64,000 nucleotides of DNA from Hyphomicrobiales bacterium (GTDB lineage Bacteria; Pseudomonadota; Alphaproteobacteria; Rhizobiales; NORP267), in assembly GCA_021775855.1 (NCBI GenBank), contig JAJFGZ010000059.1, positions 1,321 through 65,320 of the forward strand, written 5' to 3'. Positions 28,103 to 37,818 of this stretch are shown piece after piece. The position numbers were made by a program, and so were the translations under genes. Below the pieces are notes generated by a model. That model did not search any database and was not told where the DNA came from. It saw nothing but the letters and a program-made list of their open reading frames with translations. The stretch's first letter is position 1; each line of letters opens with the position of its first letter.

Positions 28103-28705
28103 ATGTCAAAGAAACCTCAGGACCTTTCTGGCGCCAGCGTTGTTTCCGGCCAGCTCGGCCAAACCATCCAGCGGCTGCGGAAGGCTTACAATCTATCGCT
28201 TGGGGAATTGTCGGAACAATCCGGCGTAGCGAAATCGATCATTTCCTCGATCGAGCGCAACGAGACCAACCCCACCCTGTCGACCATCTGGCGGCTCAGT
28301 CAGGCGCTGGATACGACTATAGACAAGGTTCTGGCCGAGACTGACAACGCACCGTTTATTGAACACGTTTTACCCAAGGCGATCCCGGTCCTCACCTCCG
28401 AAGACGGCAAATGTACGTTGACGATTGTCGGTTGGATCGAAACCGTGGATTGGGTGCAGTGGTACGACTTTTTTGCAGCGCCCGACGGGGTGCTGGAATC
28501 GGAGGGTCACCAGCGCGGATCGGTCGAACATCTAAGCGTCCTGGAAGGCGAGCTTGAAGTCGAGGTTGATGGCGAAGTGCGGCGCGCCCGGGCTGGCGAG
28601 ATTTTGCGTTACCGGTGCGACCGCGAACACGTCATCCGCAATCTTGGGCCAGAGCCGGCGCGGGCGACAATGGTGTTAATCGTGCAGGCAAGCGTTATGT
28701 CCTGA
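28103..28705 (+). CDS. XRE-family HTH + cupin regulator (SutR-like)
   Basis: LSLGELSEQSGVAKSIISSIERNETNPTLSTIW HTH; cupin H..GSVEHLSVLEG; divergent from cys operon. Confidence 0.9.
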   Translation: MSKKPQDLSGASVVSGQLGQTIQRLRKAYNLSLGELSEQSGVAKSIISSIERNETNPTLSTIWRLSQALDTTIDKVLAETDNAPFIEHVLPKAIPVLTSEDGKCTLTIVGWIETVDWVQWYDFFAAPDGVLESEGHQRGSVEHLSVLEGELEVEVDGEVRRARAGEILRYRCDREHVIRNLGPEPARATMVLIVQASVMS

Positions 28706-28830
28706 GCGGAATCGGTTGATTCCCGGACGCACAAAAATGACGCCCTTCGGTCTGGTAATTACCGCTAAAATTCCCTAGTCATAATCATCCGGATTCTCAT
28801 ATCCCTCACCGAATCGATCAGGCGCGCTCA

Positions 28831-31128
28831 TTGGCCGGAGAAGTTGACAAGACGAGACGCGGTCGCCAAATCGGTTTTGGCCTCGAGAAGATCGGGCTTG
28901 TCTGCGCGCACTGGCCACGCATAGCGGCACTTTTAATTGTTATCGCTTTTGCGATCGGCGTGTTCGGCGCCCTGAAAGTCGAGAACGACAATCAGTTGAG
29001 TGCGCTGTTCCGGTCCGACCGGATTGAATTTCAAAAATTTGACGCCGTCAGGCAATTGTTTCGCGAAAGCGAAAACGATGTCGCGATCATGCTTGAGGCG
29101 GATGACGTTCTCACAAGGGAGCACCTCCAGGCGGCACTTGATACCTATCTGGACGTTTTCCTTCTGGACGGTGTTGCAAGTGTTTTCTCGTTATTCACAT
29201 TACGCGAACCGCCTGACGCAGAGGGCAATTCCGACCCGATATTTCCCTCGCCTTTGCCACGTGGCGACGAGTATCAGGATCTACGTAATCTGATCGAAGA
29301 CCATCCCCTGATTATGGGCCGCACCGTATCGCAGGACAAAACGCTGATCCTGATTATTGCAGCACTGGATTCGGATCCTGATATGGGGCTGCACGAGTTG
29401 GTAACGTCGATCCGGGAAACGGCGGAGGGTATTGCCGAACCCGCCGGGATGACCGTGTATATGGCCGGGGTGCCGGCGCTGCGCGATCAAGTCAACACGG
29501 CGCGCGATCAGGATCGCATCGTATTCAATATCGCGGGTTTTGTCCTCGGTATTTTGATCTGCGCGATCTTTCTGCGCAGCGTGCGGTATACGGCCCTGGC
29601 GGCCATTCCACCGATGATCGCGGTAGCGCTTTCACTCGGAGTTTTGGGGTATACAGGCTTTCCCCTGAACGCCCTTTCCAACGTGTTGCCGGCTTTGGTT
29701 ATGGTGCTCTGTTTCTCGGATTCATTGCATATGGCGTTTGCTGTCCGGGACGGCATTTCGCAGGGCATGACCGGGCCCGAGGCCGCTGCGTATTCTGTCC
29801 GCCGCGTCGGCCCGGCATGTGTACTGACATCGCTAACGACAGCCGTCGCCCTAATGGCCGTGACCGTCACATCATCTGAACTGATTTCGTCGTTCGGTAT
29901 ATCCGCATCCATCGGCGCAGTTATGGCATTCATATCCGTGATCACCGTGGTGCCGACAATTGCGGCATTGTTTATCAAACCGTCGACCGACGGTGTGCGG
30001 GTTGCCGTACCCCTGGTCGATGGATTGTCCCGGAATTGCGAGCGGCTTGGATTAGTTGTAGCCGGTCGTCCGAAAATTTTTGCCAGTTTGGGGGTAATAC
30101 TTGTAGCGCTTGGGCTATGGGCTTCATTCCTGCTCCAGCCCTACTACCGGATTTCCAGCTACCTGCCGGACAATGACGCGATTTATAACGGGGTTGACCG
30201 GATGGATCGCTATTTCGGGGGTGCCGTCGACATACTTGCCGTCGTTCGCTGGGAGGGACAGGGCGAGGAGCGGATGCAGGAAGTGGTGGCTGCTGTGCGC
30301 GATGTGCACAACGCAATGGATGGGCATCCAGATATCACCAACGCGTGGTCGATCGAGGCCATCCGGCTCTGGCTGACGGATAGCGCGTCGACCGGCGGTG
30401 TTACTGAATTGGCTAAATTTATTGCCAGTCTGCCACCGCACTGGCTCGATCGTTTGCTGGCGCCGGGCGGTAATGCGGCGCTCGTCGCCGGCCGGGTGCC
30501 CGATCTCGAAGCGAGGGGGTACCGCCGGATCGCCGATGAACTTGAACAATTGACGGCGGAGGCCATACGTCCCTATTCGGGAATGACTGTCGAAATTACC
30601 GGGATCAGCGCCCTTTCGGCTCGCGAAAGTGGTCCCATGATCCGCCAGCTGGGGTACGGTTTGATATCCGCAGTTGTCGTTATTATCCTGCTTCTGGGGT
30701 TCAGCTTCCGGTCGGTCAAAGCGGCTGCCTACAGTTTTATTCCGAACCTGTTGCCCGTGGTGCTGGGAACCGGGTGTTTGTGGCTGGCAGGCGTCGGTCT
30801 GCGCTACGAAACTGTTATTGCACTCACCGTGGCGTTCGGTATCGCGGTCGACGATACCGTTCATTTTCTCTATCATCTAGGACGCGACGGGTGGCATAAC
30901 TCTAATCAACGCGAGGCGGTTATCGGGACTTTGCGCGAAATCGGCCCGATCCTGGTATTAACGACGTTGGTCCTGGCGGTCGGGTTTTCGGTTACGCTTT
31001 CAAGTGCGTTGCCACAGCTCAGGGCCTTCGGCTTAGTGTCGATTGCAGTCTTATTCTTCGCGCTTTTAGCGGATATGCTTTTTCTTCCAGGTTTACTATT
31101 ATGGAAAAACAAGCGGCAGGCTAAATAG
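28831..31128 (+). CDS. MMPL/RND family transporter
   Basis: Two repeats of TM-periplasmic-5TM; ACVLTSLTTA, FGIAVDDTVHF, ILVLTT. Confidence 0.9.
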   Translation: MAGEVDKTRRGRQIGFGLEKIGLVCAHWPRIAALLIVIAFAIGVFGALKVENDNQLSALFRSDRIEFQKFDAVRQLFRESENDVAIMLEADDVLTREHLQAALDTYLDVFLLDGVASVFSLFTLREPPDAEGNSDPIFPSPLPRGDEYQDLRNLIEDHPLIMGRTVSQDKTLILIIAALDSDPDMGLHELVTSIRETAEGIAEPAGMTVYMAGVPALRDQVNTARDQDRIVFNIAGFVLGILICAIFLRSVRYTALAAIPPMIAVALSLGVLGYTGFPLNALSNVLPALVMVLCFSDSLHMAFAVRDGISQGMTGPEAAAYSVRRVGPACVLTSLTTAVALMAVTVTSSELISSFGISASIGAVMAFISVITVVPTIAALFIKPSTDGVRVAVPLVDGLSRNCERLGLVVAGRPKIFASLGVILVALGLWASFLLQPYYRISSYLPDNDAIYNGVDRMDRYFGGAVDILAVVRWEGQGEERMQEVVAAVRDVHNAMDGHPDITNAWSIEAIRLWLTDSASTGGVTELAKFIASLPPHWLDRLLAPGGNAALVAGRVPDLEARGYRRIADELEQLTAEAIRPYSGMTVEITGISALSARESGPMIRQLGYGLISAVVVIILLLGFSFRSVKAAAYSFIPNLLPVVLGTGCLWLAGVGLRYETVIALTVAFGIAVDDTVHFLYHLGRDGWHNSNQREAVIGTLREIGPILVLTTLVLAVGFSVTLSSALPQLRAFGLVSIAVLFFALLADMLFLPGLLLWKNKRQAK

Positions 31129-31141
31129 AAAGGGAACGGCA

Positions 31142-31684
31142 ATGCTGCAGACATTTTCCCCAGGGTTGAAGGCGATAGGCCTATCGGGAGCGCTGGCAAC
31201 GGCACTCTTGTTTGGAATGCCAGTATATTCCTATGCCGCTGAATTACCAGCCACGCTGGCCTCGCTGGTGGGCTCGTGGCGCGGCGGCGGGACCGCACGG
31301 GCCCGCTCTGGCGGTGATAATGAGGACGTCAGTTGCAAGGCCAGATACTCGAATATCGAGGCCGACGAAGCCATTAAGGTTGAAGTCACCTGCGCTGCAT
31401 TGAACGCGAAGGGGACCATGGTCGGGTTTATCCAATATGGCGGCAATTCCGCTGATATTGATGGCAACTGGTACCAGAGCTGGAGCACGTCTGAAGGCGA
31501 AGAACACGGGACTTTTGCCGGTACGCTGACAACCAATAGTGTCAATCTGAATGTTTCTGCCGCTGGCACGTTGCGGGCGCGTTTGACTATGAGCGTCAGG
31601 GGTGAAAACGAGCACAATGTCAGCGTGACTGGAATTGTTGACGGTCAGGAAGAGCAAGGTATGGACGTCACATTCCGTCGATGA
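31142..31684 (+). CDS. Secreted hypothetical protein (beta-rich, LVGSWRGGG, two Cys)
   Basis: Signal-peptide-like N-terminus; 13 bp after the MMPL gene. Confidence 0.7.
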   Translation: MLQTFSPGLKAIGLSGALATALLFGMPVYSYAAELPATLASLVGSWRGGGTARARSGGDNEDVSCKARYSNIEADEAIKVEVTCAALNAKGTMVGFIQYGGNSADIDGNWYQSWSTSEGEEHGTFAGTLTTNSVNLNVSAAGTLRARLTMSVRGENEHNVSVTGIVDGQEEQGMDVTFRR

Positions 31685-31724
31685 TTCAAAGACTTGGGGC
31701 TTCTTTTCAATTGGAAATATAAGC

Positions 31725-32906
31725 ATGCTTCGGACTGTTGGTCTCGACCGGCTTGGCGATGAGAACGCGTTTGCGGTTCTTGCCCGGGCGGGCGAATTGC
31801 AGGCGCAGGGCCGGGATATTATCAATCTTGGTATCGGCCAGCCTGATTTCCGTACGCCGGATCATATTGTCGAGGCCGCGATCAAAGCCCTCAAAGACGG
31901 CCATCACGGCTATACCCCGGCGCTGGGGATCGCGCCGCTCCGGGACGCCGTGGCCGAGGATATCCACAATCGCCTGGGGGTGAGTATCGATCCGGAAAAC
32001 GTCATGATCGTCCCGGGCGGCAAGGTCACGATGTTCTTCGCGATTTCCATGTTTGGGGAACCGGGCGCGGAAATTATCTGTCCCGACCCGGCATTTCCGA
32101 TTTACCGCTCGATGATCGACTATACGGGCGCCAAGGCCGTTGTTCTGCCGATCCGTGAACAGGCGGGTTTCGGGTTTCTGGCGGACGAATTACTGGCTCT
32201 CATCACGCCTCAAACCCGACTGATCATTGTCAACAGCCCCGCAAACCCTACCGGCGGTGTGACGCCCAAATCCGAGACCGAAAAGCTCGTTGCGGGTCTT
32301 GCCGATCGGCCAGACATTGCGATCCTCTCGGACGAGATTTACGGACAAATGACTTATGACGGGGAACAGCATGCAAGCTTCCTGAATTACCCGGAAATCC
32401 GCGACCGGCTGATTTTGCTGGATGGCTGGAGCAAAACCTACGCGATGACCGGGTGGCGGCTGGGATACGGCGTCTGGCCTGATGCGCTGATTGACGGCGC
32501 CCGCAAGATGGCGGTCAACGCGCATTCCTGCGTCAACGCGGCGGCGCAATATGCCGGGATTGCCGCGTTGCAGGGGCCACAGGACGCGGTCCACGACATG
32601 ATTGCCGAATTCGACCGGCGACGGATCGGGATAGTCGAAGGCCTGAACAAGATAACCGGTGTGAGTTGTGTGCGGCCCAAAGGGGCTTTTTATGCTTTCC
32701 CGAATATTTCGGACACAGGCTGGTCGTCCAGGGAACTGGCAAGCGCGTTGCTTGAGACCGCCGGGGTTGCGACCATATCAGGCACTGATTTTGGCGCATA
32801 CGGGGAAGGGTATATCCGCTTCTCCTACGCCAACAGCCTTGAGAATATTCTCGCGGCCGTTGACCGGTTTGGCGCGTTCCTTGATGACAATCCGAAGTCA
32901 GTGTGA
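31725..32906 (+). CDS. Class I/II PLP aminotransferase (aspartate aminotransferase family)
   Basis: LGIGQPDF, NSPANPTG, SDEIY, GWSKTYAMTGWRLGY, PKGAFYAF. Confidence 0.93.
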   Translation: MLRTVGLDRLGDENAFAVLARAGELQAQGRDIINLGIGQPDFRTPDHIVEAAIKALKDGHHGYTPALGIAPLRDAVAEDIHNRLGVSIDPENVMIVPGGKVTMFFAISMFGEPGAEIICPDPAFPIYRSMIDYTGAKAVVLPIREQAGFGFLADELLALITPQTRLIIVNSPANPTGGVTPKSETEKLVAGLADRPDIAILSDEIYGQMTYDGEQHASFLNYPEIRDRLILLDGWSKTYAMTGWRLGYGVWPDALIDGARKMAVNAHSCVNAAAQYAGIAALQGPQDAVHDMIAEFDRRRIGIVEGLNKITGVSCVRPKGAFYAFPNISDTGWSSRELASALLETAGVATISGTDFGAYGEGYIRFSYANSLENILAAVDRFGAFLDDNPKSV

Positions 32907-32931
32907 ACCAGCCGCTTTTGGCTTGCCCTCA

Positions 32932-34014
32932 CTATTGCGCGTATTCCTCCACCGCTTTCTGATCCCAATCCATGCCAAGGCCCGGTCCGGTTGGCGTCAG
33001 CTCGCCATCAATGATTTGTGGGGGATTGCTGACGACCGCGCTCGCGACATCGAGGTATTCCAGGTAATGGGCGTTTGCGGTCACAGCCAACACATGGGCA
33101 CTGGCCTCGACGAAGATATGGCTGGAGACCGGTAATGACGCGCTTTTGGCCTGCGCGACCGCCTGATTCCACCCCGTGATCCCGCCGATCTTCATAAGGT
33201 CGGGCATGGCATAATCGCTGGCACCCGCCGCGATCGCACGGGAAGCGTCTTCCGGAAACCACCAGTTTTCTCCGGTCTGTATCGCGACGTTGCAGTTTGA
33301 GCGAACCTGAGCATGGCCTGCAAGGTCTTCCGCCGGCACCGGCTCTTCGACCCATTCGAGGTCGAATTCGGCGAGGCGGTTGATGCGCCGGATCGCCTCG
33401 GGAACGGTGAGCGACTGATTGTAATCGATCATCAGCCGCAGATCGTTGCCGATGACATTGCGCACGGCGGCCAGGGTATCAATATCCAACTGCAAATCAC
33501 CGGCGCCGACTTTGATTTTGACGGCGTTGAAGCCCTGCTCAAGAGTATTTTCAAGCAGTGCCAAATCCTTCACCGGATCGATCACACCGAGACTGTCGTA
33601 CGCTGGGAGAGGCTTGCATTCGCCACCGAGTAGCTGCGCAACCGGTTGATCAGCCGCGCGACCGAGTGCATCCCAGAACGCCATATCCAGCCCCGAAATT
33701 GCCATGCCAAGAAGTCCCTGTCGGCCCAGCAGGCGGAATGTTGCCTCGAATTCCCGAAAACGCGCAAACGGCGAAACAGATTTGCCTTGCAATAGCGGAG
33801 CAAGGTTCGCGATCAACTGTACCAGCGGGCGCAAGGTCAGGGGGGTGTATCCGAAAATGTAGGAGCGCCCGATAATGCCCTGATCGGTGGTTACATCGAT
33901 CAACACCAGAGGCGCCGCCGGAATGATTCCGGCCGACGTTGTGATCGGGTTCTTCAACGGCGCCGACACGGCTCTAGCGGTTATATCCTTGATTGTGAGT
34001 TCAGTTTTACTCAT
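32932..34014 (-). CDS. Mandelate racemase-like enolase superfamily enzyme
   Basis: KIK, DYNQS, WVEEP, TGENW, MPDLMKIGG, SSH, YLEYL match mandelate racemase catalytic positions. Confidence 0.85.
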   Translation of the reverse strand: MSKTELTIKDITARAVSAPLKNPITTSAGIIPAAPLVLIDVTTDQGIIGRSYIFGYTPLTLRPLVQLIANLAPLLQGKSVSPFARFREFEATFRLLGRQGLLGMAISGLDMAFWDALGRAADQPVAQLLGGECKPLPAYDSLGVIDPVKDLALLENTLEQGFNAVKIKVGAGDLQLDIDTLAAVRNVIGNDLRLMIDYNQSLTVPEAIRRINRLAEFDLEWVEEPVPAEDLAGHAQVRSNCNVAIQTGENWWFPEDASRAIAAGASDYAMPDLMKIGGITGWNQAVAQAKSASLPVSSHIFVEASAHVLAVTANAHYLEYLDVASAVVSNPPQIIDGELTPTGPGLGMDWDQKAVEEYAQ

Positions 34015-34071
34015 TGCAAAGGTCCTTCAAATTTCGAATTTGGCCCAAGCTAGACGACGTTCGGATTTATT

Positions 34072-34091
34072 TATACCCACTAGTCAGTATA
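34072..34091. promoter_or_regulatory. Putative TetR operator
   Basis: Palindrome TATAC-cc-ACTAGT-ca-GTATA between the divergent racemase and tetR genes. Confidence 0.65.
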
Positions 34092-34100
34092 CATTGAGCC

Positions 34101-34688
34101 ATGGCGCGTTCGGGACAAAAGACAAAGGACACGATCCTCACCAAGGCGTACGTCCTTTTCTACAGGGAAGGCTTTGCCCGGGTGAGTATGGATGCCATCG
34201 CGGAGGCGGCGGGGACTACCAAGCGCACGCTTTATTATCATTTTGAAAGCAAAGACGCCCTGGTCGCGGCGGTTCTGGACCACCAGCACATCCACGCCTT
34301 TGCCCGATTCAAGAGCTGGAGCAATCAGGCCTCCAATACACCCGAAAAGGTTCTGGCTGATCTTTTTGGAAACCTTGAAATGTGGGCCAGATCGCCGCGA
34401 TGGCTTGGGTCCGGTTTTACGCGTCTCACAATGGAGTTGGCCGACCTGCCGGGGCATCCGGCGCGCCGAGCGGCCCAGCAACACAAGGCGGCGGTCGAAC
34501 ATTGGCTTGCCGGGGAACTGGCCCGCGTGGGCGTTGACGACCCGGACGAACTGGCACAACAGGTCATGTTGCTTGTTGAAGGTTGCCTGTCATTGATGCT
34601 TATTCATAACGAAACGGGGTACGCCAAAATCGCCGCATCGGCTGCACACCAATTGATCAAAGCTCAAGCCGGTCAACGGCCATCCTGA
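34101..34688 (+). CDS. TetR/AcrR family regulator
   Basis: LFYREGFARVSMDAIAEAAGTTKRTLYYHFESKDAL. Confidence 0.93.
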   Translation: MARSGQKTKDTILTKAYVLFYREGFARVSMDAIAEAAGTTKRTLYYHFESKDALVAAVLDHQHIHAFARFKSWSNQASNTPEKVLADLFGNLEMWARSPRWLGSGFTRLTMELADLPGHPARRAAQQHKAAVEHWLAGELARVGVDDPDELAQQVMLLVEGCLSLMLIHNETGYAKIAASAAHQLIKAQAGQRPS

Positions 34689-34714
34689 TTGTCGGCTTGT
34701 TACGAGGATTTGCC

Positions 34715-35920
34715 ATGCCAGCTAAAATGCAACGCGAGAAGATAACGGCCAGCATTGATGCGCGACGGCGCTATGCCGGACCGGCATTTCTGCAACAGGG
34801 CTTCCGGCCGTTTTTCATGGCGGCCGGCCTGTGGTCGGCTCTGGCTATGGGGCTCTGGCTGTTCGAGTTGCGCTGGGGCGGGATTCTGCCCGGCGAGGTT
34901 TCGCCGGTATTCTGGCACGCCCACGAAATGTTGTTCGGGTACGGCGCTGCTGTCGTGACCGGCTTTTTGCTGACCGCGGTGCCCAACTGGACCGGGCGGT
35001 TGCCGGTGCGCGGCTTGCCTTTGGCGGGACTGGCGCTGTTGTGGCTGGCGGGCCGGGCCGCTTTCAGCATGATGGACCCCGCCTGGCTTGTGGCCACGTC
35101 ATTAATCGAGGGCTCGTACTTTCCTGTCCTGTTTGCATTTCTGATCCGCGAGATCGTGATCGGCAAGAATTGGCGCAATCTCATTGTGGCGGCGCTCGTC
35201 GCCGGATTGGCGGTCGCCAACGGGCTGTACCATTTGGAGCGCGTTGGTTTCTCCAACAGCGCCGATACCGGAATTCGTCTCGGTATTGCGGTCTTTGTCA
35301 TGCTGATCTCGCTGATTGGCGGGCGCATTGTGCCGAGCTTTACAACAAACTGGCTGCGCAAGCAGGGCGTGGAGAAGATGCCGGCGCCGCTTGGGCGGTT
35401 CGACAAGATCGCGATTGTCGGTAGTCTCATAGGTTTGGTCGGCTGGGTGGTGTCACCCGCTGCGGTCTGGTCCGGCGTTCTGATTCTACTGGCGGCAACG
35501 CTCCAGGCCATCCGCTTATCGCGCTGGCAGGGGCACCGCTGTTTTAAGGAGCCACTCATCCTGATGCTGCATATCGGCTATGGGTGGCTGGTGGTGGGTC
35601 TGTATTGCCTCGGTGCTTCCATTCTCTATGACGGCTTTCCGCAGTCCGCCGCCGTGCACGGCCTGACCGCCGGGATGATCGGGTCCATGACCCTGGTGGT
35701 GATGACCCGCGCCAGCCTCGGACATGCTGGCAGAGCGCTGAAAGCCGATTTCACGATCACTGCGATCTTTACGCTGGTCTTTCTGGCGGCATTAACGCGG
35801 GTGCTAGCGCCGGTCATCGCGGACGATTATATGTTCAACCTGATGCTGTCGGGCGGGTTCTGGATTGCCGCATTTGCGCTCTTCGTTGTCCGCTATCTGC
35901 CGCTCTGGGTCAGCAAATAA
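34715..35920 (+). CDS. nnrS: NnrS family membrane protein
   Basis: GFRPFF, WHAHEMLFGY, GFLLTAVPNWTG, IGGRIVPSFT.NWL, MTRASLGHAGR. Confidence 0.93.
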   Translation: MPAKMQREKITASIDARRRYAGPAFLQQGFRPFFMAAGLWSALAMGLWLFELRWGGILPGEVSPVFWHAHEMLFGYGAAVVTGFLLTAVPNWTGRLPVRGLPLAGLALLWLAGRAAFSMMDPAWLVATSLIEGSYFPVLFAFLIREIVIGKNWRNLIVAALVAGLAVANGLYHLERVGFSNSADTGIRLGIAVFVMLISLIGGRIVPSFTTNWLRKQGVEKMPAPLGRFDKIAIVGSLIGLVGWVVSPAAVWSGVLILLAATLQAIRLSRWQGHRCFKEPLILMLHIGYGWLVVGLYCLGASILYDGFPQSAAVHGLTAGMIGSMTLVVMTRASLGHAGRALKADFTITAIFTLVFLAALTRVLAPVIADDYMFNLMLSGGFWIAAFALFVVRYLPLWVSK

Positions 35921-35929
35921 CCGCGGCCA

Positions 35930-36700
35930 CTAGAACGCCCCGTTGAACAATCCGCCATCGATCAGGAAATTCTGTCCGGTAATATATCCGGCATGTTCGC
36001 TGGTGAGGAAGGCGCACAGTTTCCCGAATTCGGCCGGATCGCCGAGCCGTTTTGCCGGCACATTCGCCGCCCGTTCTGCAACGAACTCTTCGATCGATTT
36101 TCCGCTGCTCGCATCGTGCCCGCCGCGTATGCGATCGGTGTTGAATACGCCAGGCAGGATATTGTTGATGGTCACGTTCCTGTTGGCGACCGGGCGGCAG
36201 ATGCCGGCGAGAAAGGCCGTCAATCCGGCACGCGCGCCGCTAGAGAGATCGAGCCCGGTCAAAGGCATTTTGACGGATATGGATGTGATGTTGACGATCC
36301 GCCCGAACCCGCGCTCGGTCATGCCGTCGATCACGGCCTGGATCAACTCGATCGGTGTAATCATGTTCATGGTTACGCCGGCCAACATATCGGCGCGGTC
36401 AAGCTCTCGAAAATCCCTGAACGGCGGGCCGCCGTTGTTGTTGATCAGGATATCAGGGTCCGGGCAGGCGCTGAGTAACGCGGCCTGTCCATCAGGGCTC
36501 GCGAGGTCCGCTGCGACAGGCGTTACCGTCACCGACCATTTATCGCTGATTTCCTGTGCAGTCTGCTTGAGCCTGGTCTCGTCCAGCCCGTTTATGACGA
36601 TATCAACGCCTGCTTCAGCGAGCGCTTCGGCGCAGCCCCGTCCGAGCCCACGGCTCGACGCGCAAACGATGGCCTTACGGCCCCTGATGCCTAAATCCAT
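35930..36700 (-). CDS. SDR family oxidoreductase
   Basis: ASSRGLG, NNGGPP, GRIVNITS, ITGQNFLIDGG; atypical LSSGAR active site. Confidence 0.9.
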   Translation of the reverse strand: MDLGIRGRKAIVCASSRGLGRGCAEALAEAGVDIVINGLDETRLKQTAQEISDKWSVTVTPVAADLASPDGQAALLSACPDPDILINNNGGPPFRDFRELDRADMLAGVTMNMITPIELIQAVIDGMTERGFGRIVNITSISVKMPLTGLDLSSGARAGLTAFLAGICRPVANRNVTINNILPGVFNTDRIRGGHDASSGKSIEEFVAERAANVPAKRLGDPAEFGKLCAFLTSEHAGYITGQNFLIDGGLFNGAF

Positions 36701-36840
36701 CTTAAACTCCCAAATTTGTTTGGCCTAATGTGTCAGCCCTGACAGGTTTGGCAAGGAAAATTGTGTATCGTAATTTCGAACTTCAGGTATATGAATTTCA
36801 TCACGACCCCATTGTGACGGCTGGAAAAGGTCACCCAACC

Positions 36841-37818
36841 ATGCTCCCTGGATTCTCCGACATTGCCGCTGCCCGGCAACGCCTCAATGGCCATGCAATC
36901 CGCACGCCGCTTCTCGAGAATGCAGCGTTGAACGAGCGCGCTGGCGGCAGGGTGTTGATCAAGCCTGAAGTGTTGCAGCGCACCGGATCTTTTAAATTTC
37001 GCGGGGCATATAACCGGATCACGCAAATCCAGGACGAAAATCCGGGAACCCCGATTGTTGCCTTTTCGTCCGGCAACCACGCCCAGGGCGTTGCCGCTGC
37101 CGCGCACATCCACGGCGTCAAGAGTACGATTGTTATGCCGTCTGATGCTCCTGATGCCAAATTGGATCGGACCAGGGCGTATGGCGCGAAGGTGGTGCTG
37201 TATGAGCGAAAGGACGGCGACCGGAACATTATCGCGCAACAGATTGCTCATGAATCTAACGCCGTTATTGTGCCGCCCTACGATGATCCGGGCGTCATTG
37301 CCGGGCAAGGCACAGTCGGGCTCGAAATTCTCGAAGACTGCAAGCGGCTCGAACTCGACCCGGGCGCCGTGTTGGTGCCGTGCTCCGGTGGCGGGTTAGC
37401 AGCCGGGATCGTGTTGTCGGTTCAGGAATTGGCCCCTGATATGTCGGTCTATACAGTGGAGCCGGAAAATTTCGATGACCATGCACGCTCGCTTGCAAGC
37501 GGGAAGATTGAGCGCAACGCCACCCTGTCCGGGTCCATCTGTGACGCCCTGATGTCGTCTCAACCTGGCAAAATTACGTTCGACATAAATGGCACTGGTC
37601 TTGCGGGCGGGCTCGTTGTTACTGACGCCATGGTACTTGAGGCTGTGGCGTTTGCCACGCGCGAACTGAAGCTGGTTGTGGAGCCGGGTGGCGTGGTTGC
37701 ACTTGCGGCACTATTGTCGGGCGTATTTTCGCTTGATGGGAGGCCGGTAGTGATTGTGCTCTCCGGCGGGAATATCGATCCAGATATATTGAAACAGGCG
37801 CTTGCGTTAGCTGAATAG
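36841..37818 (+). CDS. Threonine/serine dehydratase (catabolic, serine racemase-like)
   Basis: LQRTGSFKFRGA, SSGNHAQG, GQGTVGLE, SGGGL, LSGGN. Confidence 0.92.
   Translation: MLPGFSDIAAARQRLNGHAIRTPLLENAALNERAGGRVLIKPEVLQRTGSFKFRGAYNRITQIQDENPGTPIVAFSSGNHAQGVAAAAHIHGVKSTIVMPSDAPDAKLDRTRAYGAKVVLYERKDGDRNIIAQQIAHESNAVIVPPYDDPGVIAGQGTVGLEILEDCKRLELDPGAVLVPCSGGGLAAGIVLSVQELAPDMSVYTVEPENFDDHARSLASGKIERNATLSGSICDALMSSQPGKITFDINGTGLAGGLVVTDAMVLEAVAFATRELKLVVEPGGVVALAALLSGVFSLDGRPVVIVLSGGNIDPDILKQALALAE

Noticed and set aside
34653-34667. FNR/NnrR-like box before nnrS (TTGAT...CTCAA)
   Set aside because: Wrong spacing, and it lies inside the tetR coding sequence
35943-36728. 261 aa plus-strand ORF
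   Set aside because: Antisense shadow of the SDR gene; no motifs
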